Source: Malacoraja senta | Lineage: Eukaryota | Length of the DNA stretch: 64,000 nucleotides | Assembly (NCBI GenBank): GCA_038087875.1 | Contig: CM075989.1 | Span: forward strand, 22,136,001-22,200,000 | Direction of reading: 5' to 3' | Part shown: piece after piece, positions 1 to 11,789 of the stretch | How the letters are laid out: every line of letters begins with the position of its first letter | How positions within the stretch are numbered: position 1 is the stretch's first letter | Position numbers and translations under genes: made by a program | The notes under the pieces: generated by a model | What the model was told of the DNA's origin: nothing | The model's database searches: none | The model's input: the letters and a program-made list of their open reading frames with translations, nothing else

Positions 1-21
1 GAACCTGTTATTGAATGCAAT

Positions 22-140
22 AGATCCCATGGTGCTATTTAATAAAGAGAGTGGTGTGTTCTCTACGACCATAATTAATCTCTTAATCAACATTGGCAGA
101 ATAGATGATTCTGGTCATTAACCTGATTGCTATTTGTTGA
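22..140 (+). mobile_element. Decayed DeuSINE (AmnSINE1/SacSINE1-like) Deu-domain fragment
   Basis: gatcccatggtgctattt...aagagagtggtgt...tcaacattggcagaatagatgattctggtcattaacctgattgctatttgt resembles the Deu-domain as I recall it. Confidence 0.5.
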
Positions 141-224
141 TGTGTAGTTAGAAACTGCAGATGCTGGTTTATACAGAAGATAGATACAAAGTGCTGGAGT
201 AACTCAGCGGATCGAGCAGCATCT
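141..224 (-). mobile_element. PLE terminal fragment
   Basis: aactgcagatgctggttt...agatagatacaaagtgctggagtaactcagcgg...gcagcatct, the same sequence as the PLE terminus at 61870-61970. Confidence 0.75.
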
Positions 225-419
225 TAGTTTAGAGATAGAGCGCAGAAACAGGCCTTTCGGCCCGTCGAGTCCTTGCCGACCAGCACACTAACACCATCCT
301 ACACACACTAGGGACAATTTACAATTATTACCAAAGCCAAACCTGTAAATCCTTGGAGTGTGGGAGGAAATCGTAGCTTCCGGGGAAAACCCACGCGCAG
401 GTCATGGGGAGAACGTACA
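225..419 (-). mobile_element. HE1-type V-SINE, 3' two-thirds
   Basis: Reverse complement of the V-domain and the gggccgaaaggcctgtttc...ctaaactaa tail. Confidence 0.85.
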
Positions 420-1016
420 GAGAGTTGGTGTTAGATTCACATTTTACACGCTCGATGAAGACTAGGCTCAGCACTCAAATAAAATGTGACCGACCTTGAA
501 AGTCTGGCTCTATTTACCTCTTCCTTGTTGCTTCGTGATCTGCTCAACTCTTCCTGCAATTGCTATCTTTGTTTCAGCTGCAGTCATGGACAATGCAAAC
601 TGGAAAGCACGTTTCACTTCTGCACCCACATTTAGTTGTCTACAGGAGAGTCCTGAAGATCGAGGATTGCCAGAGAGCAGTGGTGCATGGAGTGTTATAA
701 TCGTAAGGGACTCTATTTTACAGAATATAAAATGTGGGCCCCATTTCCTACACTGATGATGGATTTGAAAGTTGAAGCCTCCAAAGGTGCACATATGCAA
801 GTGTCACCCGCGTACTGCAGCTATGTGATTAAAGATAGCAGTGACCTTTATTAATAATCAAAAGCAAAATGGCTAGAACAATTTCCTGTTTGTCCTGGAA
901 TTGTGAAACAGCATAGGAGCTGGCGTGTAGAGGTCATGGAAGGCTGTAGTATATAAAAAAAGCCTCTGAGTGATCCATGCTACATGCTTATTGGTGAAGC
1001 AATCTTCACTGGCTAT

Positions 1017-1510
1017 AGATAGACACAAAGTGCTGGAGTAACTCAGCGGGTCAGGCAGCATCTCTGGAGAAAAGGAATAGGTGATGCTACGGGTCGACAC
1101 AATTCTTCAGACTAAGGGGTAAAGGGAAACGATAGGTAGTGATATAGAGATATACAGAACAAAGGAATGAAAGATATGCAAAAAGTAACAATGATCAAGG
1201 AAAGGTGGAGCCCACAATGGTCCATTGTTGGCTCTGGGCTAGGTGATGACGAGTTATCCAGACAGTGAAACTCAACAGGATGACAGTGAAAGTAGTACGA
1301 CAACTAGGATGGGGGAGGGACAGAGAGAGAGAGGGGATGCAAGGGTTACTCGGAGTTAATAAATCATATTCATTTTGCTGGGTTGTAAGCACCGAAGCGA
1401 AAGGTGAGGCGCTGTTCGTTCAATTTGCATTTGGCCTCACTCTGACATTGGAGGGGGCCCAGGACAGAAAGGTCAGTGTGGGAATGGGAAGGGGAGTTAA
1501 AGTGTTTGTC
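1017..1510 (-). mobile_element. PLE 3' fragment (GIY-YIG C-terminus, 3' UTR, decayed hammerhead)
   Basis: Minus strand near 1370-1450 is a decayed KLEEQHLIFRLGSLQP-type end; then 3' UTR and terminal repeat with a degenerate hammerhead at ~1080-1113. Confidence 0.75.
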
Positions 1511-1826
1511 AATTACAAAATGGCTGATTTGTTAACGTGCTGAGAAGACATGAAACACAATCATTTATTTTCTAAAAGCTTGTAACATTCACACATTATC
1601 TCTAATCAAAAACTGAGGCTTGAATAATACGTGTTTAAAAACCTGCTGTTGGTAGCAGCTTAACATCTCCTGCAGTGGAATATTATTGATCTGTTATTTT
1701 GCAAAAGTGTTTTGCCTGCCCTGTCACTTTCCCCAACAGGGCACTGATAACTTTACAGAACCGATCACACTGTAGGAGTCCCAGTGTTATTGTGTTGGTT
1801 ATTGTAAACGATCTATAAAGTGCTTT

Positions 1827-1972
1827 AGATAGACACAAAGTGCTTGAGTAACTCAGCGGATTAAGCAGCATCTATCTGGAGACAAAAAGGATAGGTGAAT
1901 TTTCGAGTCGGGTCCCTTCTGCAGTCCGACCCAAAACATCACCCATCCTTTTTCTCCAGAGATGCTGCCTGA
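1827..1972. mobile_element. PLE terminal inverted pair
   Basis: Minus copy 1827-1925 abuts plus copy 1925-1972; the junction lies in the hammerhead region. Confidence 0.75.
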
Positions 1973-2205
1973 CAGCAGCAGAGACTCAGGTTTGATCCTG
2001 ACCGTGTGGGTTTTCTCTGGATGCTCCGGTTTCCTCCCACACTCCAAAGTCATACAGGTTTGTAGATTAACTGGCTTCGGTAAAATTGTAAATTGACCCT
2101 AGTGTGTGCAGGATAGTGTTAGAGTACGGTGTGATGGCCGGTCGGAGCGGACTCATTGGGCCAAAGGGCCTATTTCTGCGTTGCATCTTTAAAGTCTAAA
2201 GTCTA
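1965..2205 (+). mobile_element. HE1-type V-SINE (internally deleted)
   Basis: B-box ggtttgatcc, V-domain gtgggttttctctggatgctccggtttcctcccacactccaaag, tail ending aaagtctaaagtcta. Confidence 0.85.
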
Positions 2206-3589
2206 TATGGTGACTGTTAAACTCAGTGCTTTCCCAGCTCTGTAAGCAGCGGGCATTGAAACAGTAAACATCAGGAAATTAATTTTTGCAATGTCATGCA
2301 ATGTGCATGGTTTATCATCGAATCCCCTCCCTAAGTACACAATACATTCACCGTGTCAGATAACGCACCTGGGAATTACAGTAACAAGAGCAATTAAGCT
2401 GAAACTTTTCTCAAGGCCATCACAGAAAACATATGCCACCATTTTCAGAAAGACCTCTGGACAAGAACAAACTCCTGCGCGATGCTCTCAAAGTCACCTT
2501 GCGCTTTTCTTACGTGTCAGAATCCTTCCATATTAGTACTGAGGACATCTGCAGTGTCAGCTAGTTTGCCGTCCACAGAGGTATCAAGGAGGTCAGTGAT
2601 GCATTATTCATCAGGGTCATTGACTTCAACACTGACCAAGAGCAGCAATGTTATGGGAGAACATAATTGTACAGGTCTACTGGCTTTGTAAAGCCTGGGA
2701 TCATTGAGTTCACTGATGTTGGCATGCGGGTCTTTCCACACGAACTGAAAGAGATTTATTCTCTCAGTATCTAATTGGTATGTGACTATCAGTGCAGAAT
2801 AATGCATGTTCCTTGGAAGCTCCTGTGATATCTTCATTTAAAGGCAATTATCTGTGTCAAATGTATTTGAAGTCAAAGCAAGAATGTAAATGTAGATTCT
2901 GAGGCAGCAAAACTACCCTCTGTGGTTATGGGCCTGTGGGACAGTTTCTGTTACGGTGGAAGTAAGTTGATATCTGATAAATCAAAATTAGCACAGCAAC
3001 TGAAATCACTACAAAAGATAATACAGAGAGCTACCAAGAGTTTCACAAATAACTTCTGCCTGCTACATGTTCTATTAATTTTGGCCTATAAAGGCACTTA
3101 AGTAGGCCACAGGAGAGGGTGGCAAAGCTACGACAAAGCAGGGTGATAGAAATGCCAGTGCGGAATTACAGTAGTTAGCAACGCACCGTGCATTCCGGAG
3201 GATTTAACACCAGGTACTGATTCAAAACTCAATGCACTAGACTTACTGATTTTTTTTTTAAGGTATCAATTTAGATCTGCAAAGTAATAATCGGAAAGGC
3301 CACTTATTCCTGTCCTTTTCCACACTATTATTCTGAGCAATTACAACTAAATACCCAGTACAATATTATAATCAGTGCGGTGTAGTTATTAAGCTCATTA
3401 TGTTACACGCGAATGTTACCACATTTTCTCCTACTTCACACCCCCCTCCCCGTCTATGGGCTTGTGCAATGCTTGTGGGAGGTGATATCCTGTCTGCTAT
3501 TTTGTCCATGGGATTCCTTTGTGAATGGAGCATGTGCGCTGGCTGTTAGTTGCGGAGGTTTCTGGGATTCCTTTGGCTTTTGCCCTTAC

Positions 3590-3884
3590 GGCGGCACGGT
3601 GGCGAGGCGGTAGAGTTGCTGCCTCACAGCGCCAGAGACACGGGTTCAGTCCTGACCGTGGGTACTGTCTGTATGGAGTTTGTACGTTCTCCCTGTGACC
3701 TGTGTGGGTTTTCTCCGGGTGCTCCGTTTTCCTCCCACACTCCAAAGATGTACAGGTTTTGTAGGTTAATTGGCTTCGGTAAAATTGTAAATTGTCCCTA
3801 GTGTGTGTAAGATAGTGTTAGTGCACGGGGATCGCTGGTTGGCGCACACTCGGTGGGCCATAAGACCTGTTTCCGCACTGTATA
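3590..3884 (+). mobile_element. HE1-type V-SINE, full length
   Basis: tRNA-like head ggcggcacggtggcg...gggttcagtcc, V-domain, CR1-like 3' tail. Confidence 0.9.
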
Positions 3885-3885
3885 T

Positions 3886-3978
3886 TAGTTTAGTTTAGGT
3901 TAGAGATACAATGCGGAAACAGGCGCTTTGGCTCACCGAGTCCACACCGACCAGCGATGCCCGTACACTAACACTAAG
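3886..3978 (-). mobile_element. HE1-type SINE 3' fragment, inverted against the previous copy
   Basis: ttagtttagtttag...gcggaaacagg...accgagtccacaccgaccagcgat. Confidence 0.8.
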
Positions 3979-4265
3979 AAAAATTGAATGGTATCAGCCT
4001 GTGATTTCCATGAGCTCCTCACACAAATATAGTTTCTCACTGAGATTACACAAATGATTTTATGTTCATTATAATTGTTTGAAACTCCTTTTAGCAAATA
4101 TGCAGTTTCATGCAGATTTCCATACACATTGCTTGATTATAATGGACAAATATACATTCTAAGCTTCACAATGAAAATTACTGCTCTCTGCACTGATTCT
4201 GTTATGCAAAGGTGGCCTCCAGGTAATCAAATGTGAATGCGTAGTGGGTTCCAGCATCAACAGGT

Positions 4266-4472
4266 ACAGTTTAGTTTATTGTCACGTGTAGCGAGGTAGA
4301 GTGAAAAGCTTTTGTTGCGCGCTATCCAGTCAGCGGAAAATCAATACATGATTACAACCAAGCCATTTACAGTGTACAGATACATGATATGGGAATAATA
4401 GTTAGTGCAAGGTAAAGCCCGCAAAGTCCGATCAAGGATTGTCCGTGAGTCACCAATGAGATGGATAGCAGG
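4266..4472 (-). mobile_element. Rex1/Babar LINE 3' UTR fragment
   Basis: agtttagtttattgtcacgtgtagcgaggtagagtgaaaagc matches the end of the Rex1-like copy at 15385-15952. Confidence 0.75.
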
Positions 4473-4679
4473 GATTAAACAATTAACTATTAACAGAGCC
4501 AAAATATTTACAAGCAGACGCAGAGGAAATGTTGTTGACTTAAACTAGTTTGTTAAGGTTTGACCTCTAGATTTGCTTACACCTGCCCTCAACCCTGTCA
4601 CCAGAAGCGTTCTGGAAGAGAATAACTCAATAATGCATAAAGCTTGGTCTAAAAAACTTCATTTTCTGGGCACTATTTC

Positions 4680-5310
4680 ATAAGACCATAAGACATAGGG
4701 ATAGAATGAGGCCATTCGGCCCATTGATCTGCTTTGCTAATCGTTCATGGCTAATCTATTTTCCCTCTCAACCCCATTCTCCTTCCTTCTACCCATAACC
4801 TTTGATACCCTTATTAATCAAGAACCTATCCATTTAAGCGACTTTGAGTCCTGAAAAGCGCTATATAAATAAAATGTATTATTATTATTATCTCCGCTTT
4901 AAAAGTACCAAATGACTTGGCCTCCACAGAATTCCACAGATTCACCACCCTCTGGCTAAAGAAATTCTTCCTCATCTCCATTCTAAAGGTGTGTGCTTTT
5001 ATTCTGTGACTATGCCCTCTGGTCCTAGACTATCACACTACTGGAAATGTCCTCTCTACATCAACTCTCTCTAGGGCTTTCATTATTCACTAGGTTTCAA
5101 TGAGAACCCCCCCCCCCCCATCCTTCTAAACTCCAGCGAGTACAGGCTCGGAGCTGTCAAACATCTCTCCTTTATTAACCCAATCAACCTGGGACCTCCT
5201 CTGGACTCTCTCCAACGCTAGCACATACTGACTCAGATATGGGGCCCAAAACTGCTCACAATATTCCATTTGTGCTCGGACCAGCGCCTTACAAAGCCTC
5301 AGCAATTCCT
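4680..5310 (-). mobile_element. CR1 LINE 3' fragment, interrupted at ~4835-4890 by an L2-type tail
   Basis: aggccattcggccc CR1 3' stem; reverse complement of LVESRTRGHSLRIKG-like coding sequence; insert aaagcgctatataaataaaatgtattattattatta. Confidence 0.8.
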
Positions 5311-5444
5311 ATTCCTATTTTGGTCAGTTAACATCTGCCGTAGCTGCTTCAGCCCAAGTCCAATGGTTTAAATGGTTCCTAATTCTTCAGCCTCGTTGAT
5401 GGATTACTCTGTCACTGTTTAAGGTGGAAGCTTTAGTGTGCAGC

Positions 5445-5546
5445 GGTCCCTCGTGGGTAGGATAGTGTTAGTGTGCAGGAATCGCTGGTCGGCGCGGACT
5501 CGGTCGGCCGAAGGGCCTGTTTCCGCTCTGCATCTCTAAACTAAAC
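5445..5546 (+). mobile_element. HE1-type SINE 3' fragment
   Basis: ggatagtgttagtgtg...ggccgaagggcctgtttccgc...ctaaactaaac. Confidence 0.85.
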
Positions 5547-5774
5547 AAAAAAGTAGGAAATGTCTGATGCAAGTGGATTGGACCTTGATCCCCTTTTCTC
5601 GAACATTGAAAGCACAAATCACGGTTCCTTTTTTACCCAAGTTCACTTCCTCTTAAAATTACCCAATGTTTTACATTTTCTTTGGAAAATTCCAACCAGA
5701 TCGCATGGCGTAACTGCCAGAGACAGGCGATGTCTCGGATTTTCTAAACATGCAAGTTAACATAAAGGGTTAAT

Positions 5775-5937
5775 ATCCTACACACTAGCGGCAATTGACA
5801 ATTTTTACCAAAGCCAATTGATCTACAAATCCTGTACGTCTTTGGAGTGTGGGAGCAAACCGGAGCACCCGGGGAAAACCCACGCGGTCACGGGGAGAGC
5901 GTACAAACTCCGTACAGACAGCACACGTGGTCAGGAT
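5775..5937 (-). mobile_element. HE1-type SINE internal fragment
   Basis: Reverse-complement V-domain. Confidence 0.85.
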
Positions 5938-5974
5938 GCAGAGTATGATAGAGATACAGCGTGGCAACATGCCC

Positions 5975-6094
5975 TTCGATCCGAAACGTCTCCCTTTCCT
6001 TCTCTCCAGAGATGTGGCCTGTCCCGCTGAGTTACTCCAGCATTTTGCGTCTATCTTCGGTGTATCACCAGCGTCTGCAGTTCCTTCCTACACG
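5975..6094 (+). mobile_element. PLE terminal fragment
   Basis: ccgaaacgtc...tctccagagatg...ccgctgagttactccagcatttt...ctgcagttccttcctacac. Confidence 0.8.
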
Positions 6095-6954
6095 GTTAAT
6101 ATTCCTATTCATTTAATCACGAGCGCAGGCTCGCGTGTTTAAGAACCTGTAATTGAAGAATCTTTTCTCATTTCTAATGTGACTCATACTTAATGCCTTT
6201 AAAATGTTTTGAAGGAAATAAAAATGCCAAGCGGGTGTCAGTCAGTAGGAGTTTAAAGCAGTTCTCAAATATTGCAATCAAATACCCAGAGGAATGAACA
6301 CCCTGCTGTGCCTGAACAAGCACAATTGCAGCACACTTATATAAGAGCCTCTATCTATAACTTGGGGTCATGGGCTGTTTTATTATTGGCAATCCGTTTA
6401 AACAAAGGGATCAATAGACACCATAAAATATCAGGAAGCATATTTTATGCATAAATTGCACACTGAAAGCCGATGCGGTCTCAGTTTGCACATCCTTAAA
6501 GGGTAAACATCAAAGAAATTCAAGAGCCTTTTTCGAATGGTAATAGTTTGATCTTACCTTAACAATCTTTGAGGCAATTATCTTGACACAGAGAAGGAAG
6601 AACCATTACCCATTGACAATTTTTTTTTTAAGGGCTGACAATGGTAAAGATGCCACAGAATTGCCTGTTTTGGAAAGGTAATCACAATGTAGATATTGTG
6701 GTAATGTGGCTATATCACCTTTTATTAGGAATTAATATAGATCTCAATGAAGTGTGCATACATGCAGACAGATGAAAGCTGAAAAGCGCAGCCAAATCAA
6801 TTGAGTATTGATGGAACTTGCTGTGGTGGCCATTGACAACATTATAGAGGATTGAAGGTTTTCACCAACTGAACACTAGGGAATCTAGGACATTTTAACT
6901 ATTGCCTGTACCCAATGTCCTAGAAATAAACGACATGCCTATTTGAAATCAGGT

Positions 6955-7685
6955 TCAGTTTAGTTTAGAGTTTAGAGATACTGCGCGGAAACAGGCCCTT
7001 CAGCCCACCGTGTCCGTGCCGACCAACGATCACCCCGTACACTTACACTATCCGACACACTAGGGTCAATTTACAATTTTTACCAATTTCTCTGAGTTCT
7101 CCGTTTTACACCCACATTCTAAAGACATGTGGGTTTGTAGGTTAATTGGCCTCTGCAAATTCCTCCTGGTTTGTAGAATGTGAGAAGTGGCCCAAACGCA
7201 TGTAGGCGCACCTAGTATAGATGGAATATCTTCTCTGTGGATTGTCACCTTGTCGTGGTGGAGAAGCTTGTGTGGTCCTGAGATCCTGAGAGTGATGCCG
7301 TCAGGAGCTATGCTCCTGGTAGGGTCACCCATGGCGGTAAGGTCGAGGGGGAGGTCTCTGACAAAGAGCAATCCAACCAAGACCTCAATGGTGGCGCAGG
7401 CGGAGGATGATGGCTGACCTTAGTGGAGCATCACAACGGCTGGGAAGGCGGATGAAGGCTGCAGCAGAAAAGGGTCCCCGGTCGTCTTGGACTCCATGCC
7501 ACTGGATCCTGACCCAGATCTGTCAAGGACCATGGGGTGGCTGTCTGTGCACCAGTCTCCCCACGTTAAACAAAGTCACGCACAGGCGTCCTCAGGAGAG
7601 GACAGTCATACTCGTTTTGAGTGACCGCCGCTGACGAGATAGAACATGTTGGTCATTGTGGGCCTGTTTCCACGCTGTATGACCA
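6955..7685. mobile_element. Two HE1-type SINE fragments (minus 6955-7085; plus 7085-7229 and 7638-7685) hosting an RTE-related insert
   Basis: SINE tail and V-domain motifs on both strands; the plus copy resumes after 7637. Confidence 0.7.
7230..7637 (+). mobile_element. RTE-clade-related non-autonomous element (~410 bp) with 5' HDV-like fold
   Basis: 5' caccttgtcgtggtgg...gagctatgctcctggtagggtcaccc...gacaaagagc resembles RTE (BovB/Expander-type) 5' UTRs; further copies at 30268-30534 and 34261-34372. Confidence 0.7.
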
Positions 7686-8537
7686 TGTTTGGGACAATGT
7701 ACAAACTGTAGTAAGGATTGAACATTGGTCTCTGACGCTGGAAGGCAGCAACTGGAGGCGTGGGTTTGTATCCCACTTCTGACACCATGTGCAAAGTACT
7801 TATGACACAGAGTCATAATATATCATAACAAGTACTTTAATTTGTATACATACAGAGACAATCGAGATGAGTACTGTAGGCTCCGAATCGTAAGTTAAAA
7901 CTAAAACACAACGTGGCTGCCCGCATGCACGAGGTGGCGGTGGTGTGGGAAACCTGACATGGATTATGGATCAGGTCATCAGCAGCAAAACCAGACATGG
8001 ATCAAATCAGCAATACTGTTTGATCTACATCTACCACTGCACCACTGTGCTGTCCTAGTTACATGTGAAAATTAAATACCATTGAACCGTTGAGTCTTAT
8101 GCTTGGGACACTGACTGTGGCTTCTCTGACAAGCCTTTCAAAGCATCAAGGATTTTGCAAGCCAGCTTTGAGCTGTGATGGTGAGCTTTAATTGGTGATA
8201 ACCACTCGTAATATTGGACACCTCATGAAGACAGACAATCAACAGCATCATTAGTGCAGACTGTCCGTGGAAATCATTATTACGAACAAGCCACGCAAGG
8301 TTAGCATGTTCCTTGCACTGCACTCAATGGGTGTAGGTTAATCACTACTCTATGCTTTCCACCCAATTCCAACTTTGCAGATTTAGAGAGTCTTGCAGAC
8401 AAAAATGTATTTTCAATTGTTTTGCTGTGAACCGTAGCATCTCCATTATATATTTGTACACATTGTGTGAATTTTTAATGTCAAAACCAAACTCTGCATA
8501 AATTATTAGATGAATGATTTTATATCCATTTATATTT

Positions 8538-8820
8538 GGGCGGCAGGGTGGTTCAGCGGTGGAGTTACTGCTTTACAAACGGCAGAGACACTGGTTCTAT
8601 CCTAACTACTGGTGCTGTCTGCATGGAGTATGTACGTTCTCCCTGTGACGGCGTGGGTTTTCACCGGTTTCCTCCCACACTCCAAAGCCATACCGTTTTG
8701 TAGGTTAATTGGCTTCGCTAAAATTGAATATTGCCCCTTATGTCTAGGATGGTGCTAGTGTAAAGGGATCGCTGGTCGGCGTGGACTCGTTGGGCTGCAG
8801 TGTATCCATAAACTAAACTA
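8538..8820 (+). mobile_element. HE1-type V-SINE, near full length
   Basis: tRNA-like head, V-domain, aaactaaacta tail. Confidence 0.9.
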
Positions 8821-9054
8821 TCATGAGTGTAGTTCTTGCATCCACTCAAAGAGACAGTTTCTTTCCATCCTATGAAATTCCATTATTTTATATTGTGTAA
8901 AAAATATGCAAACATCCAAAGTTAAATAAACTATGCTTGAAATACCCAGCTGATCGGGTAGCATCTGAGGAGAGAAAAAAATGGTGATGGCCATTCAGGT
9001 TCTTGATCTTTCTTGACCCAAAGCTGGACAGAGTTGGAGGTGCAACAGGTTTTA

Positions 9055-9350
9055 TATAAGAGTCACAGGCTCAAACTACATGGAAACAGGCCCTTCGGCC
9101 CAACTTGCCCACAATGGCTAACATGTCCCATCAACACTAGTCCCACCTGCCTGCATTTGGCGCATATCCCTCAAAACCTGTCCTATCCATGTACATGTCT
9201 AACTGTTTCTTAAATGTTGCGATAGTCCCTGCCTCAACTACCTTTTCTGGCAGCTTGTTCCACACACCCACCACACTTTGTGCAAAGAAGTTACCCCTCA
9301 GGTTCCTATTAAACGTCCCTCCACACCTTCCCCACCTTATTCCTCTGGTT
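9055..9350 (-). mobile_element. CR1 (HER1-like) LINE 3' fragment
   Basis: ggaaacaggcccttcggccc tail shared with the HE1 SINE; reverse complement encodes NLRGNFF..VVGVWNKLP. Confidence 0.8.
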
Positions 9351-9964
9351 ACATTTTAGATCTTTCTTATGTTTTCCATTCTGAAGGATAGACCATGACC
9401 TGAAATATTTACACTGTCTGTATCCACACGCATTGCCTGAGCATTTCCAGCATTTTTTCATTTAATCATTCCGTATTATGTCGTGTAATAGCGGGTGATC
9501 AAAGTTCTGATGAACACAAATGACATTTACCATTTAGAAATTATCAAGTTTGATTATGCGCCTGAATTGGTTCTTGAACTCTGAATTTATTTTTATATAT
9601 TGCAATTTTAGGTAGTGATGAACCTTTGAGCTTTGTTGATAACTAACTATAGCAGGAGTTGTTTAACATGACTCGTGTTTTCTTTCTAAAACGAATTTGA
9701 TTGAGGCTGATTTAAGCAAGAAAGGCTAATGATTTAGTTCATATTAATTGTGGGCCTCTGCACATCTTTTGCAGCCAAACATCAAATGCAGAAGGCAATG
9801 GTTCCCTTGCGCAAATCGCTGTGAAGTGACTGAAAATAAACCCACCCCACTGGATGCATCAATAATTCTAATGCAGAATAGCAGTGACCGCATTTTTAAA
9901 TTCATCTGTTTATTTTGATGCATTTTTTTTTGGTATCCTCGTGCAATGAATGGTGCTGATTTTT

Positions 9965-10210
9965 AGTTCTAGTTTTCGTTTAGAAATTCAACATGAAACA
10001 GGCCCTTCGGCCTACCAAATGCACACCGACCATCGGTCACCCATACACCAGTTCTATCCGACATATTAGAGGCAATTTACAGAAGCCAATTAACATACAA
10101 ACCCGCATGACTTTGGAGTGTGGGAAGAAACTGGAGCACCCGGAAAAACCCCACGCAGTTATAGGGAAAATGTACAAACTCCATACAGACAGCACACACA
10201 GTCAGGACCA
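9965..10210 (-). mobile_element. HE1-type SINE fragment
   Basis: Reverse-complement V-domain and tail. Confidence 0.85.
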
Positions 10211-10224
10211 GTATTTTACTTTTT

Positions 10225-10352
10225 CCTTTTTTCCTTTCTTCTCCCCACCCCCTATCAGTCTGAAGAAGGGTTTCGGCCCGAAACGTTACCTATTTCCTTC
10301 GCTCCATAGATGCTGCTGCACCCGCTGAGTTTCTCCAGCATTTTTGTGTACC
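10225..10352 (+). mobile_element. PLE terminal fragment, second subfamily, hammerhead core at 10260-10287
   Basis: ctgaaga-a-gggtt-tc-ggccc-gaaacgtt followed by cctatttccttcgctccatagatgctg. Confidence 0.75.
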
Positions 10353-10797
10353 AGTATTTTAGGACTAGTGTTGGTATACTTATCTTCGTTATGCATTGGT
10401 ATCTCCACAGAAAGAATAGAAAATGGGATTGTCATCGGTGTGTGTTGTCCTCATTCTGTATTATTAGCAATACTAACTTCTTGGCTGACAGCAGTAAGTG
10501 GGCTGCCAATTAACCTGTGGACTTAATTAGGGGTGCATTTCCCCATTAAATTACAATTACTTATCTGGCCATAAGCTGCCTGTCCCATATATTCCTGCCA
10601 GCTATTAGCTAGAGGGAGTTGCAATTTGCCTGTTAAATTAATCTGTGCAAAAAAGGTTCTGTTACCTTAACGTTGAATCTTTCTGAATGTGGCCACCCTC
10701 AAAAAGAATCAGTTTTGCACAGACATCACCTCACAGATTGTGGCTAGAATTAAATTTTGTTGATTATCAACATCTAGGCTCTGTCCTTCAATCCACT

Positions 10798-11110
10798 GGG
10801 CAGCACGGTGGCGCAGGGGTAGAGGTGCCGCCTTACAGCGCCAGAGACTCGGGTTCGATCCTGACTACGTGTGCTGTCTGTAAGGAATTTGTACGTTCTA
10901 CCCGTGGGTTTTCTTCAGGATCTCCGGTTTCCTCCCACACTGCAAAGACGTACAGGTTTGTAGGTTAATTGGCTTCGATAAAATTGTAAATTGTCCCGAG
11001 TGTGTGTAGGATCGTATTAGTGTGTGGAAATCGCTGGTCGGCGCGGACTCAGTGGGCCGAAGGGCCTGTTTAAACGCCGTGTCTGTAAACTAAACTAAAC
11101 TAAACTAAAC
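10798..11110 (+). mobile_element. HE1-type V-SINE, full length
   Basis: A/B boxes (ggttcgatcc), V-domain, (CTAAA)n tail. Confidence 0.9.
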
Positions 11111-11389
11111 AAGACTATGTATAAAATAAAATCTCTCATCTAGTTTGGAATATTTTAATTTTCTATTGATAAAAATTCGCTTGTTGCATCATGAAACATA
11201 TTTCTTTTAACACTTTAAAAGTTCCAGATATATACACAGGGTTGGGGAGGAAGGGAGGGGGAAGTTTCTCTCTGGGTATCAGTTTAGAACATGCAAGAGT
11301 GTGTTGGCTTCACTTTCATGCACTCAGTGTCACTGAAGCTAAAGGAACTGAATTTGTTCCACCGATCACAACTGGCAACGAGTGGTCTC

Positions 11390-11722
11390 ACATGTAGAAT
11401 TGTTTATTGTGTTCAGTTCTGGGCACCATGTTATAGGAAAGAGGTTGTCAAGCTGGAAAGGGTACAGGGAAGATTTACGAGAATGTAGACAGGACACGAA
11501 GGTGTGAGCTATAGGGAGAGGTTAAGTAGGCTGGGATTCTATTCCTTGGAGTGCAGGAGGATGAGGGGTGATCTTATAGAGGTGTCCAAAATCATGAGAG
11601 GAATAGATCAGGTAGACGCACAGAGTCTCTTGCCCAGAGTAGGGGAATCGAGGACCAGAGGACATAGGTTCAAGGTGAAGGGGAAAAGATTTAATAGGAA
11701 TCTGAGGGGTAACTTTCACACA
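11390..11722 (+). mobile_element. CR1 (HER1-like) LINE ORF2 C-terminal fragment, disrupted
   Basis: YCVQFWAPCYRKEVVKLERVQGRFTRM and SYRERLSRLGFYSLECRRMRGDLIEV...SRTRGHRFKVKGKRFNRNLRGNF. Confidence 0.9.
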
Positions 11723-11789
11723 ATGTTTGTGCTGATCATGATGCCAAGTGAAACTGATCTGCACGTTTCAGGTCAGAACTCTTCTTCAA

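Noticed and set aside
496..800. 86-aa and 96-aa ORFs in unique sequence
   Set aside because: No recognisable domain or splice context; consistent with chance.
2604..2837. 77-aa ORF, possible decayed transposase or exon
   Set aside because: No family could be recognised; needs BLASTX.
3590..3665. tRNA gene calls for the SINE heads
   Set aside because: A/B boxes are present, but each head runs into the V-domain and LINE tail with no acceptor-stem 3' end; these are SINEs.
8138..8323. SGYHQLKL resembling the Gypsy RT motif DLxSGYHQ
   Set aside because: Only 6-8 residues match, the catalytic Asp is absent, and there is no flanking RT similarity or LTR.
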